Part shown: in pieces, positions 19,011-27,604 of the stretch
Position numbering within the stretch: the stretch's first letter is position 1
Layout: each line of letters begins with the position of its first letter
Virus record (IMG/VR): IMGVR_UViG_3300028833_000108
Span: 1-64,000 of that record
DNA: 64,000 bases
Strand: one strand, 5' to 3'
DNA from: a virus
Lineage: Duplodnaviria; Caudoviricetes
Program-made: the position numbers and the translations under genes
The notes under the pieces: generated by a model
What the model was told of the DNA's origin: nothing
The model's input: only the letters and a program-made list of their open reading frames with translations
Database searches by the model: none

Positions 19011-20726
19011 ATGATTTTTTCATCGAAAAAGAAGAAACAGCCTGAGAATATAGCGTCCATGGTCATGACGCATATCAGGGACTACGGCGAGAACAACCCG
19101 AAAGGCGAACTCTTTGACCGTGTCTTCAATGGTCAAGACCTGCACCGCAACATATCGAGGTCAAGGAATGCGATAGGACAGGGTGTCCAGCAGATGATGT
19201 ACCCGAACGGGTTGTCACCTGACGGATTCTCCACCTACATGCCGACCATCATGATTAACGATGGCCAGATTGACCCGACCAAGGTACAGGACACTATTGC
19301 CGAAAACCAGGTGCAACTCTACTGGCGAAACAACGTGGAACGCATGTTGAAGTACAACATCATAGCCACCCGTTCGGAAGTGAACGAATCGCTGACCCAG
19401 ATTTGCAACGAGGCTATCTACAAGGACGACAAGGGTGACATCTGCAGCTTGCAGGTCAACGAGTATTCCGAAATCGCCGAAGTGACCAAGATGAGCTTGC
19501 AGACAATCTTCAAGAGGGACGTTCTCCGCAAGATTTGCAACTTCAAGAACACCGCTTGGCAGTACATGAAAAAGATGCTGACCGAAGGCCGCATATTCCT
19601 TGAAGTCGTGTACGATGAGGAAACCCACGAAATCGTCGGTCTTAACCTCCTTCCTGGCGAAAACATGATTGTCGTCGTTCAGGACAACATGATTATCGGT
19701 TACAGACAGATGCTCACGGGCACATACGCCCATACCAGCAAGAACTACATCGACTACTCCCCGAACCAGATTTTGTTCCTTTCCCTCGACCTTTATGGCC
19801 CAGGTGGCGTAAACGACCCGAGGTCAATTCTCGAACCAGCAGTGAAGGCCCATAACCAGTTGAACACCATCGAGGATAGCGTAGTTATGTACCGTGTCCT
19901 TTGGGGTTCAGAAAAGATGGTTCTCAAAGTGGACGTTGCTGGCCAGCCGAAACCGCAGGCCGAAGCCACGATGAAGGAACAGGCAAAGCTGTTCAGCCGC
20001 CAGATTGACTACAACTCCACCACGGGTGAAATCACTAACTGGGGTAAAGCGATTGGCCTGACAGAACACTTTATCATCCCTGTTCAGGGTGGCTCGTCAG
20101 GTTCAGACATCACAAGGCTACCTGGCGGTGACCAGCTCGGTAACATCGACGACCTCAAATTCTTCAAACGAAATCTCGTTAACGCCTTGATGGTGCCCCC
20201 TGGCCGTATCACTGCTTTGGCAGGTGACGGTGTCAACTACTCCAACGGTAAGATTGGTGAAGTCACTCAGGCGGAAGTCGCTTTCGCCCGTCTCGTTGAC
20301 AGATACCAGACACCGTTTGAACAGGGCCTCGTCAGGCTGTTCATTATGGTGCTAAATACCAAGAGGGAGTTCAGTGACAGCATCAAGGTGGAAGAGAACT
20401 TCGACATCAAGTTCAAACGCAGCAACGGCTTCCAGAGCTATATCGATGCCGACGTTTGGACAACCAGACTTGCCGTGTTCTCCAGCATGATGGAATTTGC
20501 CGTTAAGGACGAAGCTCCGAACAACCCGCTTTCTCAGGAATACTGCCTCCGTTACGGTCTTGGCATTTCTGATGCAGACCTCACCCAGAACCGCAAGTGG
20601 CGTGACCACGAACAGAAGGTTCTCCTTGGTGAGGAAACCGATATGGACAGCGGTGAAGGTGGTGGCCTCGGCGATATGGGTGGCGGCGGTGGAATGGCCC
20701 CCGCACCTGAAACTGGAGCCTTCTAG
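19011..20726 (+). CDS. gp20: portal vertex protein (T4 gp20-like)
   Basis: EVNESLTQICNEAI, NQLNTIEDSVVMYR, ITRLPGGDQLGNIDDLKFF, AL.VP..R and EV.FAR motifs of the gp20 family. Confidence 0.93.
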   Translation: MIFSSKKKKQPENIASMVMTHIRDYGENNPKGELFDRVFNGQDLHRNISRSRNAIGQGVQQMMYPNGLSPDGFSTYMPTIMINDGQIDPTKVQDTIAENQVQLYWRNNVERMLKYNIIATRSEVNESLTQICNEAIYKDDKGDICSLQVNEYSEIAEVTKMSLQTIFKRDVLRKICNFKNTAWQYMKKMLTEGRIFLEVVYDEETHEIVGLNLLPGENMIVVVQDNMIIGYRQMLTGTYAHTSKNYIDYSPNQILFLSLDLYGPGGVNDPRSILEPAVKAHNQLNTIEDSVVMYRVLWGSEKMVLKVDVAGQPKPQAEATMKEQAKLFSRQIDYNSTTGEITNWGKAIGLTEHFIIPVQGGSSGSDITRLPGGDQLGNIDDLKFFKRNLVNALMVPPGRITALAGDGVNYSNGKIGEVTQAEVAFARLVDRYQTPFEQGLVRLFIMVLNTKREFSDSIKVEENFDIKFKRSNGFQSYIDADVWTTRLAVFSSMMEFAVKDEAPNNPLSQEYCLRYGLGISDADLTQNRKWRDHEQKVLLGEETDMDSGEGGGLGDMGGGGGMAPAPETGAF

Positions 20727-20758
20727 GAAAGCCAGCAGGATATGGCAGCTGCTCAATA

Positions 20759-20789
20759 GCCCTCGTACCAAGTACGGGGGTTTTGTTTT
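20759..20789 (+). terminator. rho-independent terminator after portal
   Basis: CCCTCGTAC-CAA-GTACGGGG stem followed by a T-tract. Confidence 0.75.
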
Positions 20790-20802
20790 AAGATATACCT
20801 AA

Positions 20803-20811
20803 TATAAACTA
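20803..20811 (+). promoter_or_regulatory. late promoter TATAAACTA
   Basis: Exact motif upstream of ORF 20837. Confidence 0.75.
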
Positions 20812-20836
20812 TAGACATATTTCCATTAGGTATAAA

Positions 20837-21475
20837 ATGAATAGACGTAAACTCTTTTTGGAATCTATCAGCAAGTTAGGATTGACAGCAAATCAGTTGA
20901 ACGGCGTTATCTCATTAATGGAATCCGTATTGAGTGACAATAACGATTTCGATGACGATGACGGGAACGAGCCCGATGAATGGAATTATATGGACTGGGA
21001 CGAGGCTGATAGACAGGCTTTTCACAAGCTCGAACAATTCTTTGTATCAACTAACGGTCAGCCATCTAAAATAATGTCTCTACTCAACGAAGCATGGGAT
21101 GACGAGCTTGATTGTTGTGGAATTGAAATTGAAGAGGAGCATGAATACAAACGCTCCAGAACCGACGGATTCCCAAACATTACCGTTATATTCTCTTGGA
21201 CTGAGGACTGGGATAAAGGCACAAGAGCTAAGGCAAAAGTAAATCTCCGCCTCAATTGGAAGGGTAAACTATCGTTCGTAATCTTCGATGCCCGTGGCCG
21301 AAATGTGAATCCGTATTTATACAAGTTCGACGGAAAAGATATAAGCCAGTTTGAGGACCACTATGAAGTATCACCAAAATACGGCATTGATGAGATTAAG
21401 GATTTCATAGATGAAGTCATAAGTAAAGTCCTCTTGTTTACGAGCCTCAACAAGGATTTCCTGTATAGACAGTGA
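20837..21475 (+). CDS. putative internal head protein with N-terminal targeting leader (212 aa)
   Basis: Late promoter; lies between portal and capsid genes; N-terminus aligns with the leader of the Nudix at 23184. Confidence 0.65.
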   Translation: MNRRKLFLESISKLGLTANQLNGVISLMESVLSDNNDFDDDDGNEPDEWNYMDWDEADRQAFHKLEQFFVSTNGQPSKIMSLLNEAWDDELDCCGIEIEEEHEYKRSRTDGFPNITVIFSWTEDWDKGTRAKAKVNLRLNWKGKLSFVIFDARGRNVNPYLYKFDGKDISQFEDHYEVSPKYGIDEIKDFIDEVISKVLLFTSLNKDFLYRQ

Positions 21476-21560
21476 TTTTAATTTCAATGCAGATTTTGAG
21501 GTAAAAATTTTTTTGTGAAAATACCTCAATAAACTTAAAGTAGAACTCAAACAGTGCCAG

Positions 21561-23069
21561 ATGGCACAGGATAACATTATGCAACAGTTCAGACCTAAGT
21601 CAGCTACGAGCAAGTGGGCTCCGATTTTGGAATCCAACCTTGGCCGTAAGCTCAAGTCCCGTGCTGAAGCTGCTGTGGTTTCCACTCTTCTCGAAACCCA
21701 GTGCAAGCTCAACAAGGGTTTCCTCCCCGAATCTGCTAACGTCTCTGCAGACGTGGCTCAGTATCAGCAGTACGCTTTGCCGCTGGTACGTCGTCAGTTC
21801 CCTGACTTGCTCGCTATGCAGACCGTGGCAACCATCCCGACCACTACCCCGAACGGTATCTACTTCGCACTCCGTTTCCTCTACGACGACGAAGCTCCGA
21901 AGACCGTTGGTTTCCGTCGTGGCTTGAAGAAAGAAATCGGTTACGACCTCGTTGCCGACCACACTGGTGTGAAGGGCACGTTCAACCCGTGGACAACGAC
22001 CGCTGGTGAAATGCTTTCCAACTATGCCGAAGGTACGTTCGGTGGCCCGTCTTTCGACGGCGTTGCTATGAACTCTGGCAACAAGGCTGGCGATGCTTAC
22101 CTCACCAACCACTGGATGGACAAGCCGGGCTTCGGTGACCAGTACGATGCCGAAGAAGGCCACTACAACATCAAGAAGGCCAGCATCAAGGTGGTGTCTG
22201 GTGCTATCCGCGTGGGTACAAAGGCTATCAAGAGCCACTACACCCTCGAACTCCAGCAGGATATGGCTGCTGCTCACGGACAGGACGTTGAAGCCCTGTT
22301 GCTCGAAGGCTTGCAGTTCGAAATCCAGCAGGAAATCGACCGTGAAATCCTCGCTGCTATGGTGTCTGTCGCTCAGAACCCGATGTTCGGTGGTGAAGCC
22401 GCTATCACGGTTGACCTCTCCAAGGACGCTCACTTCAACGATGGCCGTTGGGTTGCCGAACGCATCGCTGGTGGTATCGTGAACACGATTATCGCCGTTG
22501 CCCGTAAGATTTCTCTTACGACTCGTATGGGCTCTGGTAACTTCGCAATCTGCTCTCCGAGCATCGTTGCAGCTATCTCTACCCTTAACTCTGGTATCTA
22601 CATCCCGACTTACCTCGGTACGGATGCCGCTGTTCAGCCGGGTGGTGGCGTTTCCGACGCTGGTTCTCTCCTGAATGGTCAGATTAAGCTCTACCAGGAT
22701 ATCTACTCTTGGCAGGACTACGCTCTCGTTGGTTACAAGGGACCGCGCCAGGGCGAATCTGGTATCATCTTCATGCCTTACATCCCGTACATCTTCTGCA
22801 AGACCGCTGGTCAGGAAGACGGTAGCCCACGTCTCATCGTGAAGAGCCGTTACGCCATTGTCAGCAACTTGCTGGGTTGCGGCCTGTTCTACCGTGTTGT
22901 TCGCTTCGTGAACAACGACCTCTTGGGTGTTTCCTTCACTGGCGACATTCCTTGGGAATCTAACGAAGGCCCGACCGTGGGCGTAACCCTCGACACCGTT
23001 GGTGTTGCTGTGGGTGGCCACACGCTCGACCGTCCGTTCGGTACGGCTGCTGCGGAAGAAGAGTGGTAA
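21561..23069 (+). CDS. gp23: major capsid protein (T4 gp23-like)
   Basis: KWAPILE, LPLVRRQFPDLLA, GIYFALR, KSHYTLELQQDM.A.HG.D.E, EIDREI, VGYKG, PYIP and KSRYA motifs; strong codon bias. Confidence 0.96.
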   Translation: MAQDNIMQQFRPKSATSKWAPILESNLGRKLKSRAEAAVVSTLLETQCKLNKGFLPESANVSADVAQYQQYALPLVRRQFPDLLAMQTVATIPTTTPNGIYFALRFLYDDEAPKTVGFRRGLKKEIGYDLVADHTGVKGTFNPWTTTAGEMLSNYAEGTFGGPSFDGVAMNSGNKAGDAYLTNHWMDKPGFGDQYDAEEGHYNIKKASIKVVSGAIRVGTKAIKSHYTLELQQDMAAAHGQDVEALLLEGLQFEIQQEIDREILAAMVSVAQNPMFGGEAAITVDLSKDAHFNDGRWVAERIAGGIVNTIIAVARKISLTTRMGSGNFAICSPSIVAAISTLNSGIYIPTYLGTDAAVQPGGGVSDAGSLLNGQIKLYQDIYSWQDYALVGYKGPRQGESGIIFMPYIPYIFCKTAGQEDGSPRLIVKSRYAIVSNLLGCGLFYRVVRFVNNDLLGVSFTGDIPWESNEGPTVGVTLDTVGVAVGGHTLDRPFGTAAAEEEW

Positions 23070-23095
23070 TCACTCTCTCCCCTGCAAAGGAACTA

Positions 23096-23127
23096 AGGGA
23101 GCTTGCCTTCGGGCAGGCTCCTTTTTT
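23096..23127 (+). terminator. rho-independent terminator after gp23 (UUCG loop)
   Basis: GGAGCTTGCC-TTCG-GGCAGGCTCC-TTTTTT. Confidence 0.9.
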
Positions 23128-23147
23128 AGTTACCTGTATTTTTGTAA

Positions 23148-23156
23148 TATAAACTA
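23148..23156 (+). promoter_or_regulatory. late promoter TATAAACTA
   Basis: Exact motif upstream of the Nudix gene. Confidence 0.75.
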
Positions 23157-23183
23157 TCAGTAGAAAATTATAGGCCACAAAAG

Positions 23184-23768
23184 ATGACCCCAGAATACGC
23201 ACTAGATACATTCACCAAGTCTATTGGAAAGATACTCACTTCCAAAGCACAGTTGGAAGCGGTGACTGATTTGGCAAAGACACTGCTTGAATTTGCCGAC
23301 CCGAGGAACGATGTTGACCACCCGTCCTGCTCGTCAGGTCTACTCATCACAGATGGAAAGGTATTCCTAGCAGAACTCCCGACAGGAAACAAGAAAGGCA
23401 AGCCTCATCAGTACGACCTACCCAAGGGACATGTTGAGAACGATGGTGAAAGCGTAAAGGATGCTGCATTCAGGGAAGCATTGGAGGAAACTGGGTACAA
23501 CTGGCACAAGTATTACAACGATGCCCACGGAATTTTCCGTAAACAGGTGCCCTTCCGTAAAGGAAACAACCTGATGCTTTATCGGATAAACCTGAAAGAA
23601 CTTCCACCGCTGACATCATATTCATGCAAGTCCTACTTCCATGACCCGAAGAAGAACGCCGCTATGCCAGAGGCTTGCTCTTACGAATATCTTCCGTTGA
23701 AGGAAATCGGAAAGTGGCTATGGCCTGAGTTCGATAAGACATTCAAGAGGGAAGGAATCAATTTCTGA
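23184..23768 (+). CDS. nudE: NudE-like Nudix hydrolase with N-terminal extension (late copy)
   Basis: Nudix box LPKGHVE.DGES..DAAFREALEETG and C.SYF...PE pattern as in T4 NudE. Confidence 0.85.
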   Translation: MTPEYALDTFTKSIGKILTSKAQLEAVTDLAKTLLEFADPRNDVDHPSCSSGLLITDGKVFLAELPTGNKKGKPHQYDLPKGHVENDGESVKDAAFREALEETGYNWHKYYNDAHGIFRKQVPFRKGNNLMLYRINLKELPPLTSYSCKSYFHDPKKNAAMPEACSYEYLPLKEIGKWLWPEFDKTFKREGINF

Positions 23769-23771
23769 GAA

Positions 23772-23787
23772 TGTTTCACGTGAAACA
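23772..23787. other. parS: parS centromere-like palindrome TGTTTCACGTGAAACA
   Basis: Perfect match to the canonical chromosomal parS consensus; the palindrome extends to 20 bp (23770-23789); intergenic. Confidence 0.75.
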
Positions 23788-23789
23788 TT

Positions 23790-23824
23790 AAAAGCCCCCG
23801 TGTAACACGGAGGCTTTCTTGTTT
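23790..23824. terminator. bidirectional terminator between convergent genes
   Basis: AAAAGCCCCCGTG-TAA-CACGGAGGCTTT stem with A/T tracts on both sides. Confidence 0.75.
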
Positions 23825-23837
23825 GTGTGGAGGTTTC

Positions 23838-24041
23838 TTAAATCTTTCCTACACTGTCATTTTTAAAGACAGCGTACTCACCAGCAAGACCATCAAGTTT
23901 CCAAGAGGTTACCACCGCCTTTACCTGTTCCCGTGTATCGGCAAGACCAAACTTGGCTCCTCGCTCGTTTGATGCACCAAGTATGATAAAATACTTAGAG
24001 CCAGTGTCCAACAATGTTCCTTTCTTTATTCGTTTTGCCAT
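23838..24041 (-). CDS. small hypothetical protein
   Basis: Start MAKRIKK with a GAGGA SD. Confidence 0.6.
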   Translation of the reverse strand: MAKRIKKGTLLDTGSKYFIILGASNERGAKFGLADTREQVKAVVTSWKLDGLAGEYAVFKNDSVGKI

Positions 24042-24052
24042 AATGTCCTCTC

Positions 24053-25405
24053 TTACCAAGCACCTGCAGCAGTCACCTGAGTACTCTCTTCGGTCGTCTT
24101 TGGCTCTTCTGTTGTTTTCTTGGTATACTTACGTTTTTCCTTGACTTCGGTCTTTGGCTCGTCTGGGTCTGGAACGACTGGCGTTTCAGGAAGTTCTCCC
24201 TGATGAACCTCACCCACTTCCTTCTTCATTTCCTCGTCCAAAACAGGGTTTCCAGGAATGGCTGGTTCATTGGTCAAACGGGAACATTCATCCAGCACTG
24301 CTGACATCTTACCGACAGTTTCCTTAGCGTCAATGCTGGACAGGTAATTCTTTTCCATGTCAGCTTCGTTCGGACGCAGGTTCAATGACATTGCGTCAAC
24401 AGGAGGATTGATGGGAACATTGCGTTCAGCAGGCTTCTGCTTACCCCAGTTATCCATGGACTCCTTCAAACTATCGCCGACACCCATACAGTTATCAGTG
24501 ACTACACGAGACTTATCGTACTGACGAAGACTTTCTTTCACTTCCTTGTCTTGTTCGGCTTCGGCACGTGAGACAGCTTCGTTGAAGATTTGAAGGGCTG
24601 ACGGATTGTCCTTCAATTCATCCTGCAGCAACTTCTTCTTTCTATCCGATTTGCCGAATTGGATATATGAACGTGCAAGTGACAATCCGATGAGCTTATT
24701 CGATTGTTCTTTCAGAGCCTCAGTTGCGCCATTCTGAATGGCCACATTGATTGCAACTCTAATGGAATCAATTTCCTTTTCGAGTTCATCAGACCTGGCG
24801 ATATCCCAGCAAGGACTTCCAAGGGTTTTCATCATACCCAAGTTCTTTGCGGCCTTCTTCACAGCATCGGGATTTTCCTTCACCAAGTTACGAATTGGTT
24901 CTGGATTACCTCCACCGAGGTCAATGTTGTTGAACAACTTGTCTGGGTCCGACTCTATGGTCTGGTTCGGCTTCATGAACGGGTCGGAAAGGATTTTTGC
25001 CTTCGCTGGAACATTTCCATTCATTCTCTGGAAGGTGTAGTCCTGCATGTTGCAAAACTCGTTAGGACCCTTCGGTTTCGGAATCAGGCTGGATTTCAAC
25101 GAACTGTTGTCGTTCGGATGGAAAACCTGCTGGAAAACATAGTTGCTAAAATCAATGTCCTGCTGTGTCACCATCGGGTGCGGGCCAGGTGCTGGCCACG
25201 GCTGAGGACGTGGCGGGAACTGGTTGGTCTGGTTTGACCACAGGGCAGGCGGGGTCGGACGCTTCGGCTGACCTGGCATTGTTGGCATAGGCATGGTTGG
25301 GCCCGTCGGGTGTTCATCCTTGTAGATATGCTTGACTGTTGCACCGATGTCGTACACAGCCTTCGCAAGATTTTCCATGATGCTTAGGATTTTTTCGTTA
25401 TTCAT
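24053..25405 (-). CDS. hypothetical protein with Pro-rich and low-complexity regions (450 aa)
   Basis: Long ORF with a GAGGA SD. Confidence 0.75.
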   Translation of the reverse strand: MNNEKILSIMENLAKAVYDIGATVKHIYKDEHPTGPTMPMPTMPGQPKRPTPPALWSNQTNQFPPRPQPWPAPGPHPMVTQQDIDFSNYVFQQVFHPNDNSSLKSSLIPKPKGPNEFCNMQDYTFQRMNGNVPAKAKILSDPFMKPNQTIESDPDKLFNNIDLGGGNPEPIRNLVKENPDAVKKAAKNLGMMKTLGSPCWDIARSDELEKEIDSIRVAINVAIQNGATEALKEQSNKLIGLSLARSYIQFGKSDRKKKLLQDELKDNPSALQIFNEAVSRAEAEQDKEVKESLRQYDKSRVVTDNCMGVGDSLKESMDNWGKQKPAERNVPINPPVDAMSLNLRPNEADMEKNYLSSIDAKETVGKMSAVLDECSRLTNEPAIPGNPVLDEEMKKEVGEVHQGELPETPVVPDPDEPKTEVKEKRKYTKKTTEEPKTTEESTQVTAAGAW

Positions 25406-25895
25406 GATTGTCCTCGTTATTGGTGTTTTTGGTTGAATCCTTTTCTACGACCTTAGTGCAAACATAATCCAGTAAACCGGCGACATCAAATCCATAGATG
25501 TCTTTAAGGTCCTGAGTGCAGTCTGCCTCGGGTTCGTTACTAATCTTATTGCACAAGTCGAGATAGGAATCGAGCTCCTTCTTCCTGGCAATAGCGTATG
25601 CCTTCAAAATCTTGAACTCATCTGCAGTTAGATTACTCAGATTGAAATCATAGTTTCCTTCGCCATGATTAGTGGTGGCTTTTCTCAGGATTTTGATGAG
25701 TTGGTCTCTCGCCTCGACACGCTTCTCGCTCGCATCCCATTCTTCCTTGGAATGTAGCTGATACATTGCCTCGTTTTTTGCTTTCTTGAACTTCTTCGCT
25801 TTACGGAACACCCACCATTCACGGATGAGCATGGCGATGAAGCCAAACACATGCATCGAGACAATGAAGCCGACTATAAGTATAATAGATTTCAT
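25398..25895 (-). CDS. membrane-anchored hypothetical protein (165 aa)
   Basis: N-terminal TM segment followed by a basic stop-transfer sequence RKAKKFKK. Confidence 0.7.
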   Translation of the reverse strand: MKSIILIVGFIVSMHVFGFIAMLIREWWVFRKAKKFKKAKNEAMYQLHSKEEWDASEKRVEARDQLIKILRKATTNHGEGNYDFNLSNLTADEFKILKAYAIARKKELDSYLDLCNKISNEPEADCTQDLKDIYGFDVAGLLDYVCTKVVEKDSTKNTNNEDNHE

Positions 25896-26347
25896 TTGCT
25901 TTCCTGGAACAATCCGAGTCTGTCGAATGTGCGGCTATATCCTTTGAACAGCCATTTCCTGATTTCGGAAAGCGGCTTGTATTCGTAGGCGATAACCTCG
26001 GGAACATTCTTTCCCGTTCTCTTGTCTGGGAAGAAGCTCTGGCACTTGTACTCGCCGATATCAGGCATTTCATCCTTCTTCAAGTCAAGGCGATAAAGGA
26101 CAATCTGCTTGCCCTTGATATAACTTACAGGTGCGTCACACAAAGCGATTGCACGTTCCTTATAAGAATCAAAATCGTACCCAGTCTCTTCCTTAGCTTC
26201 TCTAAATGCAGTGCCCCTAAAGTCACTGTCGAAATCCTCGACGTGACCCTTGGGCAAATCAAAATGGTGTTCACCAGGCGTCTGGTGCAACGGCAGCTCA
26301 ACCAGGAACTTCTCGCCGTCGGTTATTAAAAGGCCAGCCGATACCAT
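25892..26347 (-). CDS. nudE: NudE-like Nudix hydrolase (early/middle paralog, no leader)
   Basis: Nudix box LPKGHVE....FRGTAFREAKEETG; start moved to ATG 26347 (GGAGG SD); colinear with the 23184 copy. Confidence 0.85.
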   Translation of the reverse strand: MVSAGLLITDGEKFLVELPLHQTPGEHHFDLPKGHVEDFDSDFRGTAFREAKEETGYDFDSYKERAIALCDAPVSYIKGKQIVLYRLDLKKDEMPDIGEYKCQSFFPDKRTGKNVPEVIAYEYKPLSEIRKWLFKGYSRTFDRLGLFQESK

Positions 26348-26397
26348 ATCGGTTTCCTCCAATCTTTATTCTTCCTTAAAATATATTATTCAGCAGC

Positions 26398-26428
26398 AAA
26401 AAAGCCGACCGTCATTGCAGGTCGGCTT
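26398..26428 (-). terminator. rho-independent terminator after MFS gene
   Basis: AAGCCGACC/GGTCGGCTT stem with a U-tract on the minus strand. Confidence 0.75.
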
Positions 26429-26448
26429 AAAACAGGGTAAAATACAGT

Positions 26449-27576
26449 CTATTTCTTGCTCAGGTACAGCAACAGAAGGTTGAAACCATACAGTATGAAG
26501 CATGTGATGAACAAGGTATCTACTGGTAGCTGCTTCAAGAAGAGCGAAGCTATGCCTGCAATACCCCATGCGCTCAATGTCAGGGAATGGATTGTAGAGG
26601 TGTTCGTTATGCCGTACTTACTTGCGAGCAGGGCAGGCAAAGCGGAGAAGCCGCCACCATAACATGCGTTGATGAGCATGACGCTGACAACGAACAGGCC
26701 TAGTCCAGCAAAGCCGAAGTTAATCAAGCATAGAATAGAACTCAGTGCGAACAGGATGATATAAGGAGTGTATCGACCGAACTTGTCGCTAACCCAAGCA
26801 AATCCGAACCGACCACCAGCGTTGAAAACAGCACTCAATGTACACAGCAAGGTTGCCATCCCGATTGCCACTCCATAGTGGGAATAAAGCTGAGCTTCCT
26901 GACTGATGAAGGCTAGGCCGCAAGCGATGTTGAGGAAGAAGAACAACCAGATTGAAATGTAAGGCAATGTTCGGACAGTATTCCCGATATTGATTGTCTC
27001 AACCATAGGCGGTTTGTAATTGACAGGGAACTTCCTGAACAGGAACGATGTCACGATAAGCGGAACAGTATAGATTAGAGCAAGGAGATAGAACACTTGG
27101 TCGATAGCATAGTTTGAAGTAAGGTATGTGTACAGAGGGCTCGCAACGGATTTTGCCAACCCGAAGGATAGGATGGCAATGGCAGATGCGACCGCCTTGT
27201 TATGACGGAAGTATAGCATCAGCGTCTTGATTGGGGCAACATACCCGAGGCCACACGAGCATCCGAACAAAACTCCGTATGCGGCATAGAACATCCAGAC
27301 GCTTCCTACGCTGCAAGCGAAACCGCTCAGGAGGAATCCAGCTATGAATAAAATCACCGACATAACGTAGGTTGCCTTCGGGTTCCTTTCTACAAACTTT
27401 CCCATGAAAGCTGCAGACAGTCCGAGGAACAGAATGGCCAACGAGAAGGCGAACGACATGTCATGGTTGAGAACCGAGTTGACAGCGTTGGAGAGAAGAG
27501 ACCAGGCATAAACCTGACCGATACATAATGAAAGAAGGACGGTTGCAAGCACCGTCCTAATTTGTAGAATTTTCAT
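26449..27576 (-). CDS. MFS transporter, OFA (oxalate/formate antiporter)-like
   Basis: About 12 TM segments; IGQVYAWS, GLGYVAP, FNAGGR..AWVSDKFGR, CYGGGFS.LPA and LSAWGIAG motifs. Confidence 0.88.
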   Translation of the reverse strand: MKILQIRTVLATVLLSLCIGQVYAWSLLSNAVNSVLNHDMSFAFSLAILFLGLSAAFMGKFVERNPKATYVMSVILFIAGFLLSGFACSVGSVWMFYAAYGVLFGCSCGLGYVAPIKTLMLYFRHNKAVASAIAILSFGLAKSVASPLYTYLTSNYAIDQVFYLLALIYTVPLIVTSFLFRKFPVNYKPPMVETINIGNTVRTLPYISIWLFFFLNIACGLAFISQEAQLYSHYGVAIGMATLLCTLSAVFNAGGRFGFAWVSDKFGRYTPYIILFALSSILCLINFGFAGLGLFVVSVMLINACYGGGFSALPALLASKYGITNTSTIHSLTLSAWGIAGIASLFLKQLPVDTLFITCFILYGFNLLLLYLSKK

Positions 27577-27604
27577 GTTGAATGGTGTTTGTTACACCAA
27601 GAGT

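Noticed and set aside
21440-21475. C-terminal DFLY resembling the T4 clamp-binding motif SLDFL
   Set aside because: Too short, and found in a probable head protein; likely chance
21496-21529. Inverted repeat TTGAGGTA...TACCTCAA upstream of gp23
   Set aside because: Only an 8-bp stem with an AT-rich loop; could be a weak terminator or operator but cannot be supported further
21600-23021. 473-aa antisense ORF over the major capsid gene
   Set aside because: Shadow ORF produced by the strong codon bias of gp23; no SD, promoter or protein-like motifs. The same applies to antisense ORFs over dda, uvsX, gp32 and the scaffold gene
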